A stretch of 64,000 nt of DNA from Candidatus Magasanikbacteria bacterium CG1_02_41_34 (GTDB lineage Bacteria; Patescibacteriota; Patescibacteriia; Magasanikbacterales; UBA922): NCBI GenBank assembly GCA_001871445.1, contig MNVD01000011.1, positions 29,382 to 93,381 of the forward strand, read 5' to 3'. The notes under the pieces are model-generated. The model was not told where the DNA came from and ran no database searches. It saw nothing but the letters and a program-made list of their open reading frames with translations. The position numbers and the translations under genes are program-made. Of this stretch, positions 18,586-28,793 are shown piece by piece; within the stretch, counting starts at the first letter, position 1, and every line of letters starts with the position of its first letter.

Positions 18586-19717
18586 AAAACAAAATAAACA
18601 ATTAGTTCTTTTTTTCACGTATGGTGTATCCCTGGCTATTTGGGAAAAAGCAGGGACCCTGGGGCGTGATGCTCGTCTATATCAAGAATTACAAAAGCAT
18701 AATATAGACGTGCTATTTGTAACATACGGTAAAAGCAGAAGAGAAAAAGAATTGGCTGATAGATTGGGGATCTCTATTTTTTATAACAAGTGGCATCTTC
18801 CAACATTCTTATACTATGTGTTTCTTCCGGTATTGTTACTATTTCAATCTTACAAAAATATAGGTTGGATTAAATCCCATCAGTATATAGGTGTTTTTCC
18901 TGCATATGTATATGCAAGATTGAAAAAAGTCTCATATGTCGCTCGCGGAGGCTATCTTCCTACCTATTTTTTTGCAAAAGAAAAAAGATATAGTCTTCGG
19001 CGTTGGCTGAAATATATCTTTGTGAGTATTGACGAATGGATAGTGGTCAAGAAGGCAACTGTAATTTGTCTTCCAAGCAAAGAGGAAGAAGAGTATTTAC
19101 AGAGGAAATATACGACATGTTGTCCCAACATTGTCTATCAACCAAACTGGGTTGATACTGATACTTTTTTTCCTCTACCTCTTGCAAATAAAAAGAAAGA
19201 TATCCTTTTTGTTGGTCGTTTGGAATCTCAAAAAAGACCACTGCTTTTTTTGGATGCATATAAAAAAATAGGGAAGGGAGTAAGCGGAACGCTTGTGGGA
19301 ACAGGCTCTCTGGCAAGCACCGTATCGGATATTATTGCAGACAATGATCTTTCTCTTCATTTTTTACATAATCGATTGCCGAATAATGATTTGATTCCTA
19401 TTTATCAATCGCATAAAGTATATGTGCTTACTTCTTCCTATGAGGGAGGGTCTGCAAAAACTGTATTAGAAGCGATGGCATGTGGTGTTCCTGTTGTTGT
19501 TACAAATGGATTTGGTCTTGCTGCCACGGTTACTGATGGATATGATGGATTTGTCTGTCCGCCAGATCCTGACATCTTGGCAAAAAAAATTGACCTGCTC
19601 CTCACGAATGAAAGTGTATATACTCGTATGAGTGAGCATGCTCGGTCTACAAGTATACAAAAATTTAGTATGCAGGCCGTTTTGAAAAATGAACTTGCAT
19701 GGTTACACAATTATTGA
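18575..19717 (+). CDS. Glycosyltransferase family 4
   Basis: NWVDTDTF, FVGRLESQK, EGGSAKTVLEAMACGVP. Confidence 0.88.
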   Translation: MIPKKQNKQLVLFFTYGVSLAIWEKAGTLGRDARLYQELQKHNIDVLFVTYGKSRREKELADRLGISIFYNKWHLPTFLYYVFLPVLLLFQSYKNIGWIKSHQYIGVFPAYVYARLKKVSYVARGGYLPTYFFAKEKRYSLRRWLKYIFVSIDEWIVVKKATVICLPSKEEEEYLQRKYTTCCPNIVYQPNWVDTDTFFPLPLANKKKDILFVGRLESQKRPLLFLDAYKKIGKGVSGTLVGTGSLASTVSDIIADNDLSLHFLHNRLPNNDLIPIYQSHKVYVLTSSYEGGSAKTVLEAMACGVPVVVTNGFGLAATVTDGYDGFVCPPDPDILAKKIDLLLTNESVYTRMSEHARSTSIQKFSMQAVLKNELAWLHNY

Positions 19718-19754
19718 TACAGTACTATTCTTATACTCGTGAAGCATAGATACT

Positions 19755-20777
19755 ATGAAAAAAGCACTTATTACAGGTATTACCGGTCAAGATGGCTCTT
19801 ATCTTGCTGATTTTCTTTTGGAGAAGGGATACGAAGTACATGGTATTATCCGTCGTTCGAGTAGTTTCAATACTGAACGAATTGACCATATATACAAAGA
19901 TCCTCATGAAAAAGGTGTGAAGATGTTTTTGCATTATGGAGATTTGGCAGACGCGAGTAATATCGAACGTATTTTGAAGAAAATCAAGCCAGATGAAGTA
20001 TATAATCTTGGAGCACAAAGTCATGTTCGTGTAAGTTTTGATATCCCTGCCTATACTGGAGATGTTGTCGGGCTAGGGACACTGCGATTACTTGAGGCAA
20101 TTAGAAATTCAGGTATTGATACAAAATTTTATCAAGCGTCTAGTTCTGAAATGTTTGGAAAAGTTCAGGAAACTCCACAAAAAGAAACAACGCCATTTTA
20201 TCCACGTTCACCATATGGATGTGCAAAAGTTTTTGCCTATTGGACGACGATAAATTATCGTGAGAGTTATGGAATGTTCGCATGTAATGGAATTCTTTTT
20301 AATCATGAATCACCTCGACGTGGAGGAACATTTGTTACAAAAAAGATTGTAGACGGTCTCATACACATAAAAGAAGGAAAACAAGACACCCTCTTTTTAG
20401 GGAACCTTGATGCAAAACGTGACTGGGGATACGCAAAAGAGTATGTAGAAGCCATGTGGCTTATGTTACAACAAGATACTCCTGACGATTTTGTCATAGC
20501 CACAGGAGAGACACATAGTCCACGTGAGTTTGTAGAAGAAGCCGCAGGATTGCTGGGTTTTGATATTGAATGGAGAGGAGATGGACTCAAAGAAAAAGGT
20601 ATTGATAAAAATAGTGGAAAGACGATTATTGAAATTGATCCAAAATATTTTCGTCCAGCTGAAGTAGATTTACTTATTGGGGACGGGACAAAAGCAAAGA
20701 ATATGCTCAATTGGGAACCAAAAGTGAAGTTTAAAGAGTTGGTTAAAATTATGGTGGAGGAAGGAATCGGGAAATAG
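19755..20777 (+). CDS. gmd: GDP-mannose 4,6-dehydratase
   Basis: [45 protein letters not shown]. Confidence 0.97.
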   Translation: MKKALITGITGQDGSYLADFLLEKGYEVHGIIRRSSSFNTERIDHIYKDPHEKGVKMFLHYGDLADASNIERILKKIKPDEVYNLGAQSHVRVSFDIPAYTGDVVGLGTLRLLEAIRNSGIDTKFYQASSSEMFGKVQETPQKETTPFYPRSPYGCAKVFAYWTTINYRESYGMFACNGILFNHESPRRGGTFVTKKIVDGLIHIKEGKQDTLFLGNLDAKRDWGYAKEYVEAMWLMLQQDTPDDFVIATGETHSPREFVEEAAGLLGFDIEWRGDGLKEKGIDKNSGKTIIEIDPKYFRPAEVDLLIGDGTKAKNMLNWEPKVKFKELVKIMVEEGIGK

Positions 20778-20783
20778 TTATAT

Positions 20784-21698
20784 ATGAGAGAAGTAGAAAC
20801 AGAATTAATACCAGTCCAGGAAGCTCTTGAACGGTTTCGGGGAGAAATACAAGAAACTCATTCTGTATCTTTTCAAATTATGGAGATCGGCGGTATCCAC
20901 CCAGATAAAGGAAATGAACCATTTTTTGATCCATATACTCAGCAAGAAAGTACAGAAGACTTTAGTAATATTGGGAAACATTGCATAGCCGTCGGATATT
21001 GTGCAGATAAAATAGCTGAAAAGCTTTTGGAAAAAAAAGCGTTGACTCCAGAAGATTTTCATACTATTGTTGCTAGGGCGCTGGTTCATGATGTGATGCG
21101 TCGTCTCGTCGCTTGCGAAAGGAGAACAAAACAATCATTTGAAGAATGGGAAATACATAATGAAGATGATGTTGCACTTCATGAATTGTTTGAAAATTTT
21201 TCAGAAGAGGATGCACCCGGGAAAGACATGATTAATTATTTGGGAGTAGCTGGACGTGAAACAGGGCACATGAGTCTAAAAGAATTTGTTACGCTTGACC
21301 CTGAAGGAAAGCCTATACTCAAACCAGACAAAACACTTGTTGACATAATTGTACATGTGGCAGATGATATGACAGCGTCACCAAAACCTGGAGTTTCTGA
21401 AGAAACGAAATTTGTAGCAATTGAAGAACGAATGAGATTGGGGAATTTTCCCGAAAGACACCCACACTTATTTAGATCTGGTTTTGGATTTGACGCAGAC
21501 AATCATCCTGTCTTAGTGGATGATGTACATGATCAGTTAGTAATACAAGGATTGAAACAAGTAAAGTCTTATAAAGAGTGGCAAATATTGGTGTTTACTT
21601 TTTGTACTGATCGATTATCCAATATAATTGATCCACATTCATCATCTTCTTCACGTGAACATATAAAAAAAATTGTGAATAGTGGATTACTTACATAA
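20784..21698 (+). CDS. Hypothetical HD-domain-like protein
   Basis: H...HD...D spacing: GKHCIAV, ALVHDV, HVADDM. Confidence 0.5.
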   Translation: MREVETELIPVQEALERFRGEIQETHSVSFQIMEIGGIHPDKGNEPFFDPYTQQESTEDFSNIGKHCIAVGYCADKIAEKLLEKKALTPEDFHTIVARALVHDVMRRLVACERRTKQSFEEWEIHNEDDVALHELFENFSEEDAPGKDMINYLGVAGRETGHMSLKEFVTLDPEGKPILKPDKTLVDIIVHVADDMTASPKPGVSEETKFVAIEERMRLGNFPERHPHLFRSGFGFDADNHPVLVDDVHDQLVIQGLKQVKSYKEWQILVFTFCTDRLSNIIDPHSSSSSREHIKKIVNSGLLT

Positions 21699-21704
21699 AT
21701 TACT

Positions 21705-22640
21705 ATGAACAAAGACTCGAAAATATATGTAGCAGGCCATAACGGAATGGTTGGTTCTGCAATTGTAAGAAAATTACAAGCAGAAGGGTATACCAATTTT
21801 GTTTTTCGGACGAGCAGGGAGCTTGATTTGCGTGATCAAAAAGCCACAGCAGATTTTTTTGCAATAGAAAAACCAGAATATGTTTTTTTGGCTGCTGCAA
21901 AAGTAGGCGGAATACTTGCAAACAAGGAACAAAAAGGTGAGTATTTTTATGATAACGCAATGATTGAGTTGAATGTTATTCACAACGCATATAAAAGTGG
22001 GGTAAAGAAATTATTTTTCTTAGGGAGTAGTTGTATTTATCCAAAATTTTCTGAACAACCGATTAAAGAAGAATATTTGATGACTGGGCACCTGGAACCC
22101 ACGAATGACGCATATGCGGTGGCGAAAATTGCAGGAATACAAATGTGCAAGGCGTATTACGAACAATATGGATTTCAATCAATTTCTGTCATGCCATGTA
22201 ATCTGTATGGTCCTGGAGACAATTTTGATCCAAAGACGTCGCATGTATTACCAGCGTTACTTCATAAAGTCATTGAAGCAAAAGAACATGGGGATAAAGA
22301 AATTGTGATGTGGGGGACAGGAAAGCCAAAACGAGAATTTTTGTATGTTGATGATGTTGCGAGCGCCTGTGTTTTTCTTATGAATAGTGATGTTGAAAAT
22401 GATATATTTAATGTTGGTATGGGAGATGACATCGCTATCAAGGATCTTCTTTCATTAATTTGTGAGATAGTTGGATTTGAAGGTGAGATTACGCACGACT
22501 TGGAGAAGCCCGATGGGACCCCACGAAAGTTGTTGGATGTAGGCAAGTTGCACGATCTTGGGTGGAAGCATGAAATTGAGCTGAGAGAAGGAATTGAAAA
22601 ATTGTATGCTTGGTATACAGAGCATAGAGATAACAAATAA
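21705..22640 (+). CDS. fcl: GDP-L-fucose synthase
   Basis: VAGHNGMVGSA, AAAKVGGILAN, LGSSCIYPK, YAVAK, SHVLPAL, KPDGTPRKLLD. Confidence 0.97.
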   Translation: MNKDSKIYVAGHNGMVGSAIVRKLQAEGYTNFVFRTSRELDLRDQKATADFFAIEKPEYVFLAAAKVGGILANKEQKGEYFYDNAMIELNVIHNAYKSGVKKLFFLGSSCIYPKFSEQPIKEEYLMTGHLEPTNDAYAVAKIAGIQMCKAYYEQYGFQSISVMPCNLYGPGDNFDPKTSHVLPALLHKVIEAKEHGDKEIVMWGTGKPKREFLYVDDVASACVFLMNSDVENDIFNVGMGDDIAIKDLLSLICEIVGFEGEITHDLEKPDGTPRKLLDVGKLHDLGWKHEIELREGIEKLYAWYTEHRDNK

Positions 22641-22644
22641 TAGT

Positions 22645-23613
22645 ATGAAAAAAGCATTGGTATTTGGTATTTGTGGACAAGATGCGGCGTATATGTCGGA
22701 GTTGTTACTTGAAAAGGGGTATGAAGTTTACGGAATTGGAAGATCCGTTACTCATGAAAGGTTATGGCGCTTAGATGAGCTTGGTATAACTGAAAAAATT
22801 AATATTTCCAGTGGAGATATCACTGATGCTTCTTATTTAGTTCAATTATTTTCTGATATACAGCCAGATGAGTGCTACAATTTTGCAGCAATTTCATTTA
22901 TAGGACAATCATGGAAGACAGCCGAGACCACGTTGCATGTGAATACTACTGGTGTATTACACATGTTGGAGGCAATAAAGACGGTTTCTAAACATACACG
23001 TCTGTATCAAGCTGGCAGTTCAGAGATATTTGGTCGTCCAGATACAAACATTCAAGATGAAACTACTCTTAGTAATCCATGCAATCCGTATGGTGCTTCA
23101 AAACTTGCTGCATATAATTTTTTGCATATTTATAGAGAGGCGTATGGTATTTTTGCATCAAATGCATATTGTTATAATCATGAATCTCCTTTGCGTGGTA
23201 TCGAGTATATAACACGAAAAATTACTGATGGTGTTGCGCGTATTTCTCTTGGAATGGCAAAAGAGCTTCGGCTTGGCAATATTGAATCATCGAGAGATTG
23301 GGGACATGCAAGAGATTATGTTCAAGCCATGTGGTTGATGCTCCAGCAAGATAAACCAGATGATTATGTTCTTGCAACAGGTCAGACACATAGTATAAAA
23401 GATTTGCTTACCATTGCGTTTGCTCATGCAGGAGTAGACAATTGGGAAAAATATGTTGTTGAGGATGAAAAATTCTATAGACCATTAGAACCCCATACAT
23501 TGTGTGGAAACAATGCAAAAGCAAAAGAAAAATTGCGCTGGGAACCTTCTACTTCATTTGAGACTTTGGTAGGGGAGATGGTTACAGCAGACATAAAAAG
23601 GCTCAAACGGTAA
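22645..23613 (+). CDS. gmd: Second GDP-mannose 4,6-dehydratase-like protein
   Basis: GICGQDAAY, QAGSSE, YGASK, NHESPLRG, RDWGHA; start at ATG 22645. Confidence 0.85.
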   Translation: MKKALVFGICGQDAAYMSELLLEKGYEVYGIGRSVTHERLWRLDELGITEKINISSGDITDASYLVQLFSDIQPDECYNFAAISFIGQSWKTAETTLHVNTTGVLHMLEAIKTVSKHTRLYQAGSSEIFGRPDTNIQDETTLSNPCNPYGASKLAAYNFLHIYREAYGIFASNAYCYNHESPLRGIEYITRKITDGVARISLGMAKELRLGNIESSRDWGHARDYVQAMWLMLQQDKPDDYVLATGQTHSIKDLLTIAFAHAGVDNWEKYVVEDEKFYRPLEPHTLCGNNAKAKEKLRWEPSTSFETLVGEMVTADIKRLKR

Positions 23614-23615
23614 GT

Positions 23616-24677
23616 ATGTTTAGAAAAATTCAAAAAGGTCTCGTAGTTTTAAAAAATAACGTATGGAATCCAAATAAGCTTATTTTTATTTCAGAGCCTA
23701 TCAATTGGGTTATAGAAGAAATTTGTTTTGAACTCATTAACAAAATAAATAAGAAGTATTCAATAAAATCAAACATAAGTTACTCACCAATTTTTTTGAA
23801 AAATAAAATCTTGCATTTTTCAAGTATTGCCACACTAGTAAAAAGGAATGGCCTCGTACATTTTGATACATCAAACAAATCTGTTCTCAGCTGGTATCAT
23901 ATTTTGGAAAATGATCAGAAAATTTCCTTTATCCCGGAATTGAATAAGAGGATTGATTTTGTGCACACAGCATGTCGTACAACACAGCAAGATTTGATTG
24001 GGCATGGTTTTGATGAAAAAAAAGTAATTTTAATTCCAGAAGGAATCAAACTAGAAAATTTTAGAGTTTTTTCTGAAAAACAGAAAATTAAAGTTAAAGA
24101 AGAATTGCAGTTACCCAAAAATAAGATTATTATTGGTTCATTTCAAAAAGATGGACATGGGTGGAAAAATGGTTTGGAACCAAAAGAAGAGAAGGGGCCT
24201 GATGTTTTTTGTGATGTTGTAGAAAAATTATCAGAACAATTTGATATACATGTGTTGCTTACGGGGCCTGCCAGGGGGTATGTGAAAAACCGATTAGAAA
24301 AAGCTGGAATATCATATACACATGAATATGTAAAAGAGTATACTGACATTGTGAAATATTATAATGCGCTAGATGTATATATCATAGGCTCTAGAGTAGA
24401 GGGTGGACCGAAAGCATTGTTAGAATCTTGGGCATGTGGTGTCCCGCTTGTCTCTACGAAAGTTGGTATGTCTGCAGATCTTATACGAAATGGTGAAAAT
24501 GGTTTTTTGGCAGAAGTGGAAGATATTGATGATATAACCGAAAAAGTCATACATATTTTGAATAATAACGAGAGTAAAGAAAAGTGTATACGTGGTGGTT
24601 TAACAGATGTACAAACGTATAGTTGGGACAACATTTCACAAATGTATTTTGAACGCATGTATAAAAAATTAATATGA
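23616..24677 (+). CDS. Glycosyltransferase family 4
   Basis: SRVEGGPKALLESWACGVPLVST. Confidence 0.85.
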   Translation: MFRKIQKGLVVLKNNVWNPNKLIFISEPINWVIEEICFELINKINKKYSIKSNISYSPIFLKNKILHFSSIATLVKRNGLVHFDTSNKSVLSWYHILENDQKISFIPELNKRIDFVHTACRTTQQDLIGHGFDEKKVILIPEGIKLENFRVFSEKQKIKVKEELQLPKNKIIIGSFQKDGHGWKNGLEPKEEKGPDVFCDVVEKLSEQFDIHVLLTGPARGYVKNRLEKAGISYTHEYVKEYTDIVKYYNALDVYIIGSRVEGGPKALLESWACGVPLVSTKVGMSADLIRNGENGFLAEVEDIDDITEKVIHILNNNESKEKCIRGGLTDVQTYSWDNISQMYFERMYKKLI

Positions 24678-25747
24678 AAGTGAGTTTGAGTATAAAAAAA
24701 GTAGAAGGCCCTTTTGGTGGAGGTGCTATATTTGCCAACACGGTTTCCGAATATTTGGTGAGTAGAGGAATTGAAGTGGTACATACGTTAGATGATGCTG
24801 ATATTGACGTCGTGTTACACGTGAATCCGTTTCCTTTTATAATGAAATCGTCATCATATTCTTTTTTTGATGCATATATATATAAATTAAAGCATCCTAA
24901 AACAGTTATTATACAGGGGATTCATGAGTGTGACGAAAGAAAAGGCACACATTATATGAATAAACTTTTGGTAAATGCCTGTAATCATGCTGATTTTGTT
25001 ATTTTTGTGGCAAGTTGGCTGAAGCCATTATTAGAAAAAAATGGTCTTGATAAAAAGAAACCTTCACAAGTTATTTTGCACGGAGTTCCCGAAGAGATTT
25101 TTAATACAAAAGACAAAAACTTTTGGGACAAACATAGTAAAATGAAAATAGTCACACATCATTGGGGTGGCCAATTTTTGAAAGGACATGATTTTTATCA
25201 GCGATTAGACAAATTGTTAGCGAGTAGTGAGTTTGGTGATAAATTTGAATTTACGTATATTGGCAATTATCCAAGCAATCTAGAATATAAAAATACAACG
25301 TTGATTGCCCCGATATCTGGAAGTGTACTTGGCGAAGAATTGAAGAATCATGATGTCTATATCACGGGATCTCGTAATGAGCCTGCAGGGATGCATCACG
25401 TAGAAGGTGCACTATGTGGTCTGCCTTTACTCTATATCGATTCAGGTGCACTTAAGGAATATTGTGACGGATATGGTATTGAGTTTAATGAGGATAATTT
25501 TGAAGAAAAGATCTTGGAAATGTATCGTGATTACGATATATATTTAGAAAAAGTGAAGAAATATGACAGAGTGGCTTCAAAAATGGGACAGGAATATTAT
25601 GAGTTGCTGACAGAATTATATAAAAATAGAGACCAATATGCGTTTAAAAATAAAAAAAATATTGGAAAGATTTTTTTTATTAGTATATATTCCTTTTTTT
25701 ATGACGGAATTTGGAGACTTAGAAGAATATTGAAATTGCTCAAGTAA
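24674..25747 (+). CDS. GT-B fold glycosyltransferase (GT4-like)
   Basis: GPFGGG N-terminus; SRNEPAGMHHVEGALCGLP (EX7E). Confidence 0.75.
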   Translation: MKVSLSIKKVEGPFGGGAIFANTVSEYLVSRGIEVVHTLDDADIDVVLHVNPFPFIMKSSSYSFFDAYIYKLKHPKTVIIQGIHECDERKGTHYMNKLLVNACNHADFVIFVASWLKPLLEKNGLDKKKPSQVILHGVPEEIFNTKDKNFWDKHSKMKIVTHHWGGQFLKGHDFYQRLDKLLASSEFGDKFEFTYIGNYPSNLEYKNTTLIAPISGSVLGEELKNHDVYITGSRNEPAGMHHVEGALCGLPLLYIDSGALKEYCDGYGIEFNEDNFEEKILEMYRDYDIYLEKVKKYDRVASKMGQEYYELLTELYKNRDQYAFKNKKNIGKIFFISIYSFFYDGIWRLRRILKLLK

Positions 25748-25756
25748 TAGTAATAT

Positions 25757-26824
25757 ATGGAGTGGATTTTTGAATTAAAAAAAGAAACGGCTTCTTTTTT
25801 AGCACACATGGAAGGAAAAAAACGTCCGGGATTTTTCAAGTATTCATATTCAGGAGATTACTTTGGAGAGCGTGTACATTGGGGACTTGGGCAATCAGCT
25901 TTTTTTCTCAAAATCGTATACACACTCAATATACAAGATCAATTTGAAAAAGAAATTGAAGAAGTAGAAAAATATATAAAGACATTTGAACATGATTCAG
26001 GATTATATTTTGATCCGTTAGTTCGTTTACTTTCTTCACCGAGAAGTGTATTTAATGGTTTGAGATATCGAGATTGGAACCATGCTGTTGGGATGTATAC
26101 CAAGCTTGGTGAAACACGACAGGCTATTTCATCTCTGAGATTGTTTGATCAAAATATTGTGTCAAAATATCCAAAATCACTCCCACGTGATGAAAAGGGT
26201 ATTGAAAGGTATCTTTCACAATTGCAGTGGACACGTCCGTGGCATGCTGGTGCTCATTATAGTATTTTGGTCTTTTTTTTATACACAAGCAAGCTTCATA
26301 ATAAAGAAATATTAATAGAAACGGCACAAGAGTGGCTCAAAAATGTAGCACAAAAGGATGGTTTTTGGTATACAGAAGGTGCAAGTTTGCAAGAACGTAT
26401 CAATGGTGCTATGAAAGTCATCACAGGTATGAATGTGCTGGGTAAAGTGACGTTACATAACCCTGGAGGTTTGATTGATGTGTGTCTCGAGTCTCAGCAT
26501 GATACACAAGCCTGTGATAATTTTAATATATTGTACGTATTGAAGTATGCTAATCTCGCGACTAATGGGCAATATCGTCATGAAGAAATAGTTTCATTTG
26601 TTGAAGATCGTTTGGAATTATACAAAAAGTACTATTACAAAGATAAAGGTGGTTTTTCATTTTTTGAAAACAAGGCAAATACACGTTACTATGGCGCTCG
26701 TTTGTCTCGCGGGTATGATGAGCCTGATATGCACGGGACTGTCCTATTTTTGTGGGGAGTAAGTATAATCGCACAGATACTTGGCATTGAAAAAGAGCTC
26801 AACATACGAGAATTTAGAACATAG
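25757..26824 (+). CDS. Hypothetical protein, possible (alpha/alpha) barrel with QW-like repeats
   Basis: Helical protein with repeated QKDGFW/HDSGLY/KDKGGF turns; closely spaced with the GT genes. Confidence 0.4.
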   Translation: MEWIFELKKETASFLAHMEGKKRPGFFKYSYSGDYFGERVHWGLGQSAFFLKIVYTLNIQDQFEKEIEEVEKYIKTFEHDSGLYFDPLVRLLSSPRSVFNGLRYRDWNHAVGMYTKLGETRQAISSLRLFDQNIVSKYPKSLPRDEKGIERYLSQLQWTRPWHAGAHYSILVFFLYTSKLHNKEILIETAQEWLKNVAQKDGFWYTEGASLQERINGAMKVITGMNVLGKVTLHNPGGLIDVCLESQHDTQACDNFNILYVLKYANLATNGQYRHEEIVSFVEDRLELYKKYYYKDKGGFSFFENKANTRYYGARLSRGYDEPDMHGTVLFLWGVSIIAQILGIEKELNIREFRT

Positions 26825-26834
26825 CTGACACCCT

Positions 26835-26864
26835 TTGACACTTATTGGCCCTTTATGGTAATAT
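26835..26864 (+). promoter_or_regulatory. Internal sigma70-type promoter
   Basis: TTGACA-N18-TAATAT with TGn extension; TGACAC direct repeat at 26826 and 26836. Confidence 0.55.
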
Positions 26865-26888
26865 ACAATTGTTGGTCTAATTGTAAAT

Positions 26889-27134
26889 ATGGGTGAAATC
26901 AAACCAAATGAAGTATATACCACTGCTGAAGTAGAGACCCTTTTGAAAGTGAGTAAAAGTACTGTGAAACGCCTGATAAAAAAAGGTCTTATTCGTACTA
27001 ATAAAATTGGTGGACAATATCGTATTTTGGGGCACGAGCTTTTACGTATGTTATCTCCTGATGTGGATAAGAAAGCAACAAACGCATACAAATCAATAAA
27101 GGAAAAGACCAAGAAACGTGTTAAAAATTGGTAA
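26889..27134 (+). CDS. HTH_17/excisionase-like DNA-binding protein
   Basis: YTTAEVETLLKVSKSTVKRLIKKGLI...KIGGQYRI. Confidence 0.85.
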   Translation: MGEIKPNEVYTTAEVETLLKVSKSTVKRLIKKGLIRTNKIGGQYRILGHELLRMLSPDVDKKATNAYKSIKEKTKKRVKNW

Positions 27135-27227
27135 TTGTATGGGAATATGTGTCACTTATGGAAAATAACAAGCTGGCTCTGTATTAGAATTTTTTTTTAA
27201 ATTAAGTTTTTTGATTTAGCCTCTGAT

Positions 27228-28790
27228 ATGACCGTTTCCTATGTCAGAAAAATTCAAAACGGATCAATTGCACTTTTTACGTCTCAAACAGTGACAGCAT
27301 TTATTGCAATTGTAACAACTCCATTACTCATACGTACACTTGGCCTCGAAATGTACGGATTGTATATGGCTTTTCTTTCTTTTGCGAGCGTGACTGGAGG
27401 AGTAAATTTAGGGATGAATAGCGCACTAGTTAATAAAATTAGTTTTCTTTTTGCTGAAAAAAAATATTCTGACATAACAAAATTAATAAGCGGTTTTTTG
27501 TTGTTATATACCATAGTTTTAGTACTGGTGTTGTCTCTTGTTGTTTTTTTGTCTAAATTTGGATTTATAAATATACGAGCGTTGTTGAATGCTGCTTCGT
27601 TTTCAAGTCTACCAGTACTAGAAATCATAACTATAGTTCTTTTTACAGTTTTGTTTAATAGTTTTTTTGGTGCAGTTTTCCCGGCCTTTTTAACGGGTAT
27701 TAATCAAATATCACAATTACAAAAAATTGTCATAGGATATAGTATTTTTTATAATCTTTTCTATATCCCATTCTTACTTTTTTTGAAGCCTTCAATTTAT
27801 GAGTTAGTTCTTTTTCAGCTGTGTAGTGATTTGTTTAAATTTGTGGTTATATTTTGGTTTGTTCATAGATCTTATTCTTGGCTGAGGGTTGTTTTAAAAT
27901 TTTCTTACTTGAAAAATGCATTGAAAATGGTTAGATCCGGTATTGAGTATTTTTTGTCTTTTTTGGCTCAATCGTATTGGTCAAAAATAGATATATTAAT
28001 CATTTCTCATTTTTTAGGGAATGCACTTGTGTCGGTATATGTAATTACCGAGAAGGTGTTTAGATTCCCCTCTAATTTATTTAGTATAGCTTCTGCAGCA
28101 CAACCAAGTTTTGCTCAATTGTATGCTGCACAAAAGAAGTCAGAACTTAGCATATTATTTATACGTGTTTTGAGATTGCACTTTATTAGTAAATTTGTTT
28201 TTATTTCAATTTTTGCTGTTTTTTTTAAGGAGTTTGTTGAGATTTGGATTCCTTATGAAAAAGTATTTTTTAGCTATGGGTTGGTTGCATTATTTTCTAT
28301 AATTTTTTTGTCATATGCATGGGGTGGGCCTTTCGTTATATGCCTAAATGCAATGTTTAAACAAAGATATTTAATACTATCTAGTGTTGTAGGCCTTATC
28401 ATCAATGTCGTGCTTTCACTAGTACTTGTCAACAGGATGGGATTGATAGGTGTTGTGGTTGCTACCGTAGTTGTGCATCCTTTTTTCTTTGGTATAGTTA
28501 GTCCATATATTTTAAGAAGGTTTATAGATATAAATCCTACTTTTGAGTATTTTAGAATAGTAATTCGTCTAATTGGACCTTTTCTATTATTCTTGGTAGG
28601 GTACAGGCTCTTAGTTTTGTTTATTGCACAGACTATACTATCAATATTTTTTTTCTTTTTGTTGACGAGTATGTATGTATATTTAGTATATAGGTATAGT
28701 TTGATTGATGAAGAACAACTTTTTTTTCAACATAAAATTAATAATATAATGCATAGATTTAAACGAATATTTATAAATAATACAAATTAA
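27228..28790 (+). CDS. Wzx-type oligosaccharide flippase (MOP family)
   Basis: Polytopic, ~520 aa; TPLLIRTLGLEMYGLY, KIDILIISHFLG, GLIGVVVAT. Confidence 0.85.
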   Translation: MTVSYVRKIQNGSIALFTSQTVTAFIAIVTTPLLIRTLGLEMYGLYMAFLSFASVTGGVNLGMNSALVNKISFLFAEKKYSDITKLISGFLLLYTIVLVLVLSLVVFLSKFGFINIRALLNAASFSSLPVLEIITIVLFTVLFNSFFGAVFPAFLTGINQISQLQKIVIGYSIFYNLFYIPFLLFLKPSIYELVLFQLCSDLFKFVVIFWFVHRSYSWLRVVLKFSYLKNALKMVRSGIEYFLSFLAQSYWSKIDILIISHFLGNALVSVYVITEKVFRFPSNLFSIASAAQPSFAQLYAAQKKSELSILFIRVLRLHFISKFVFISIFAVFFKEFVEIWIPYEKVFFSYGLVALFSIIFLSYAWGGPFVICLNAMFKQRYLILSSVVGLIINVVLSLVLVNRMGLIGVVVATVVVHPFFFGIVSPYILRRFIDINPTFEYFRIVIRLIGPFLLFLVGYRLLVLFIAQTILSIFFFFLLTSMYVYLVYRYSLIDEEQLFFQHKINNIMHRFKRIFINNTN

Positions 28791-28793
28791 TAT

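Noticed and set aside
5025-27134. Excisionase-like genes as evidence of a prophage/ICE
   Set aside because: No integrase, att repeats, or phage or conjugation genes are in the window.
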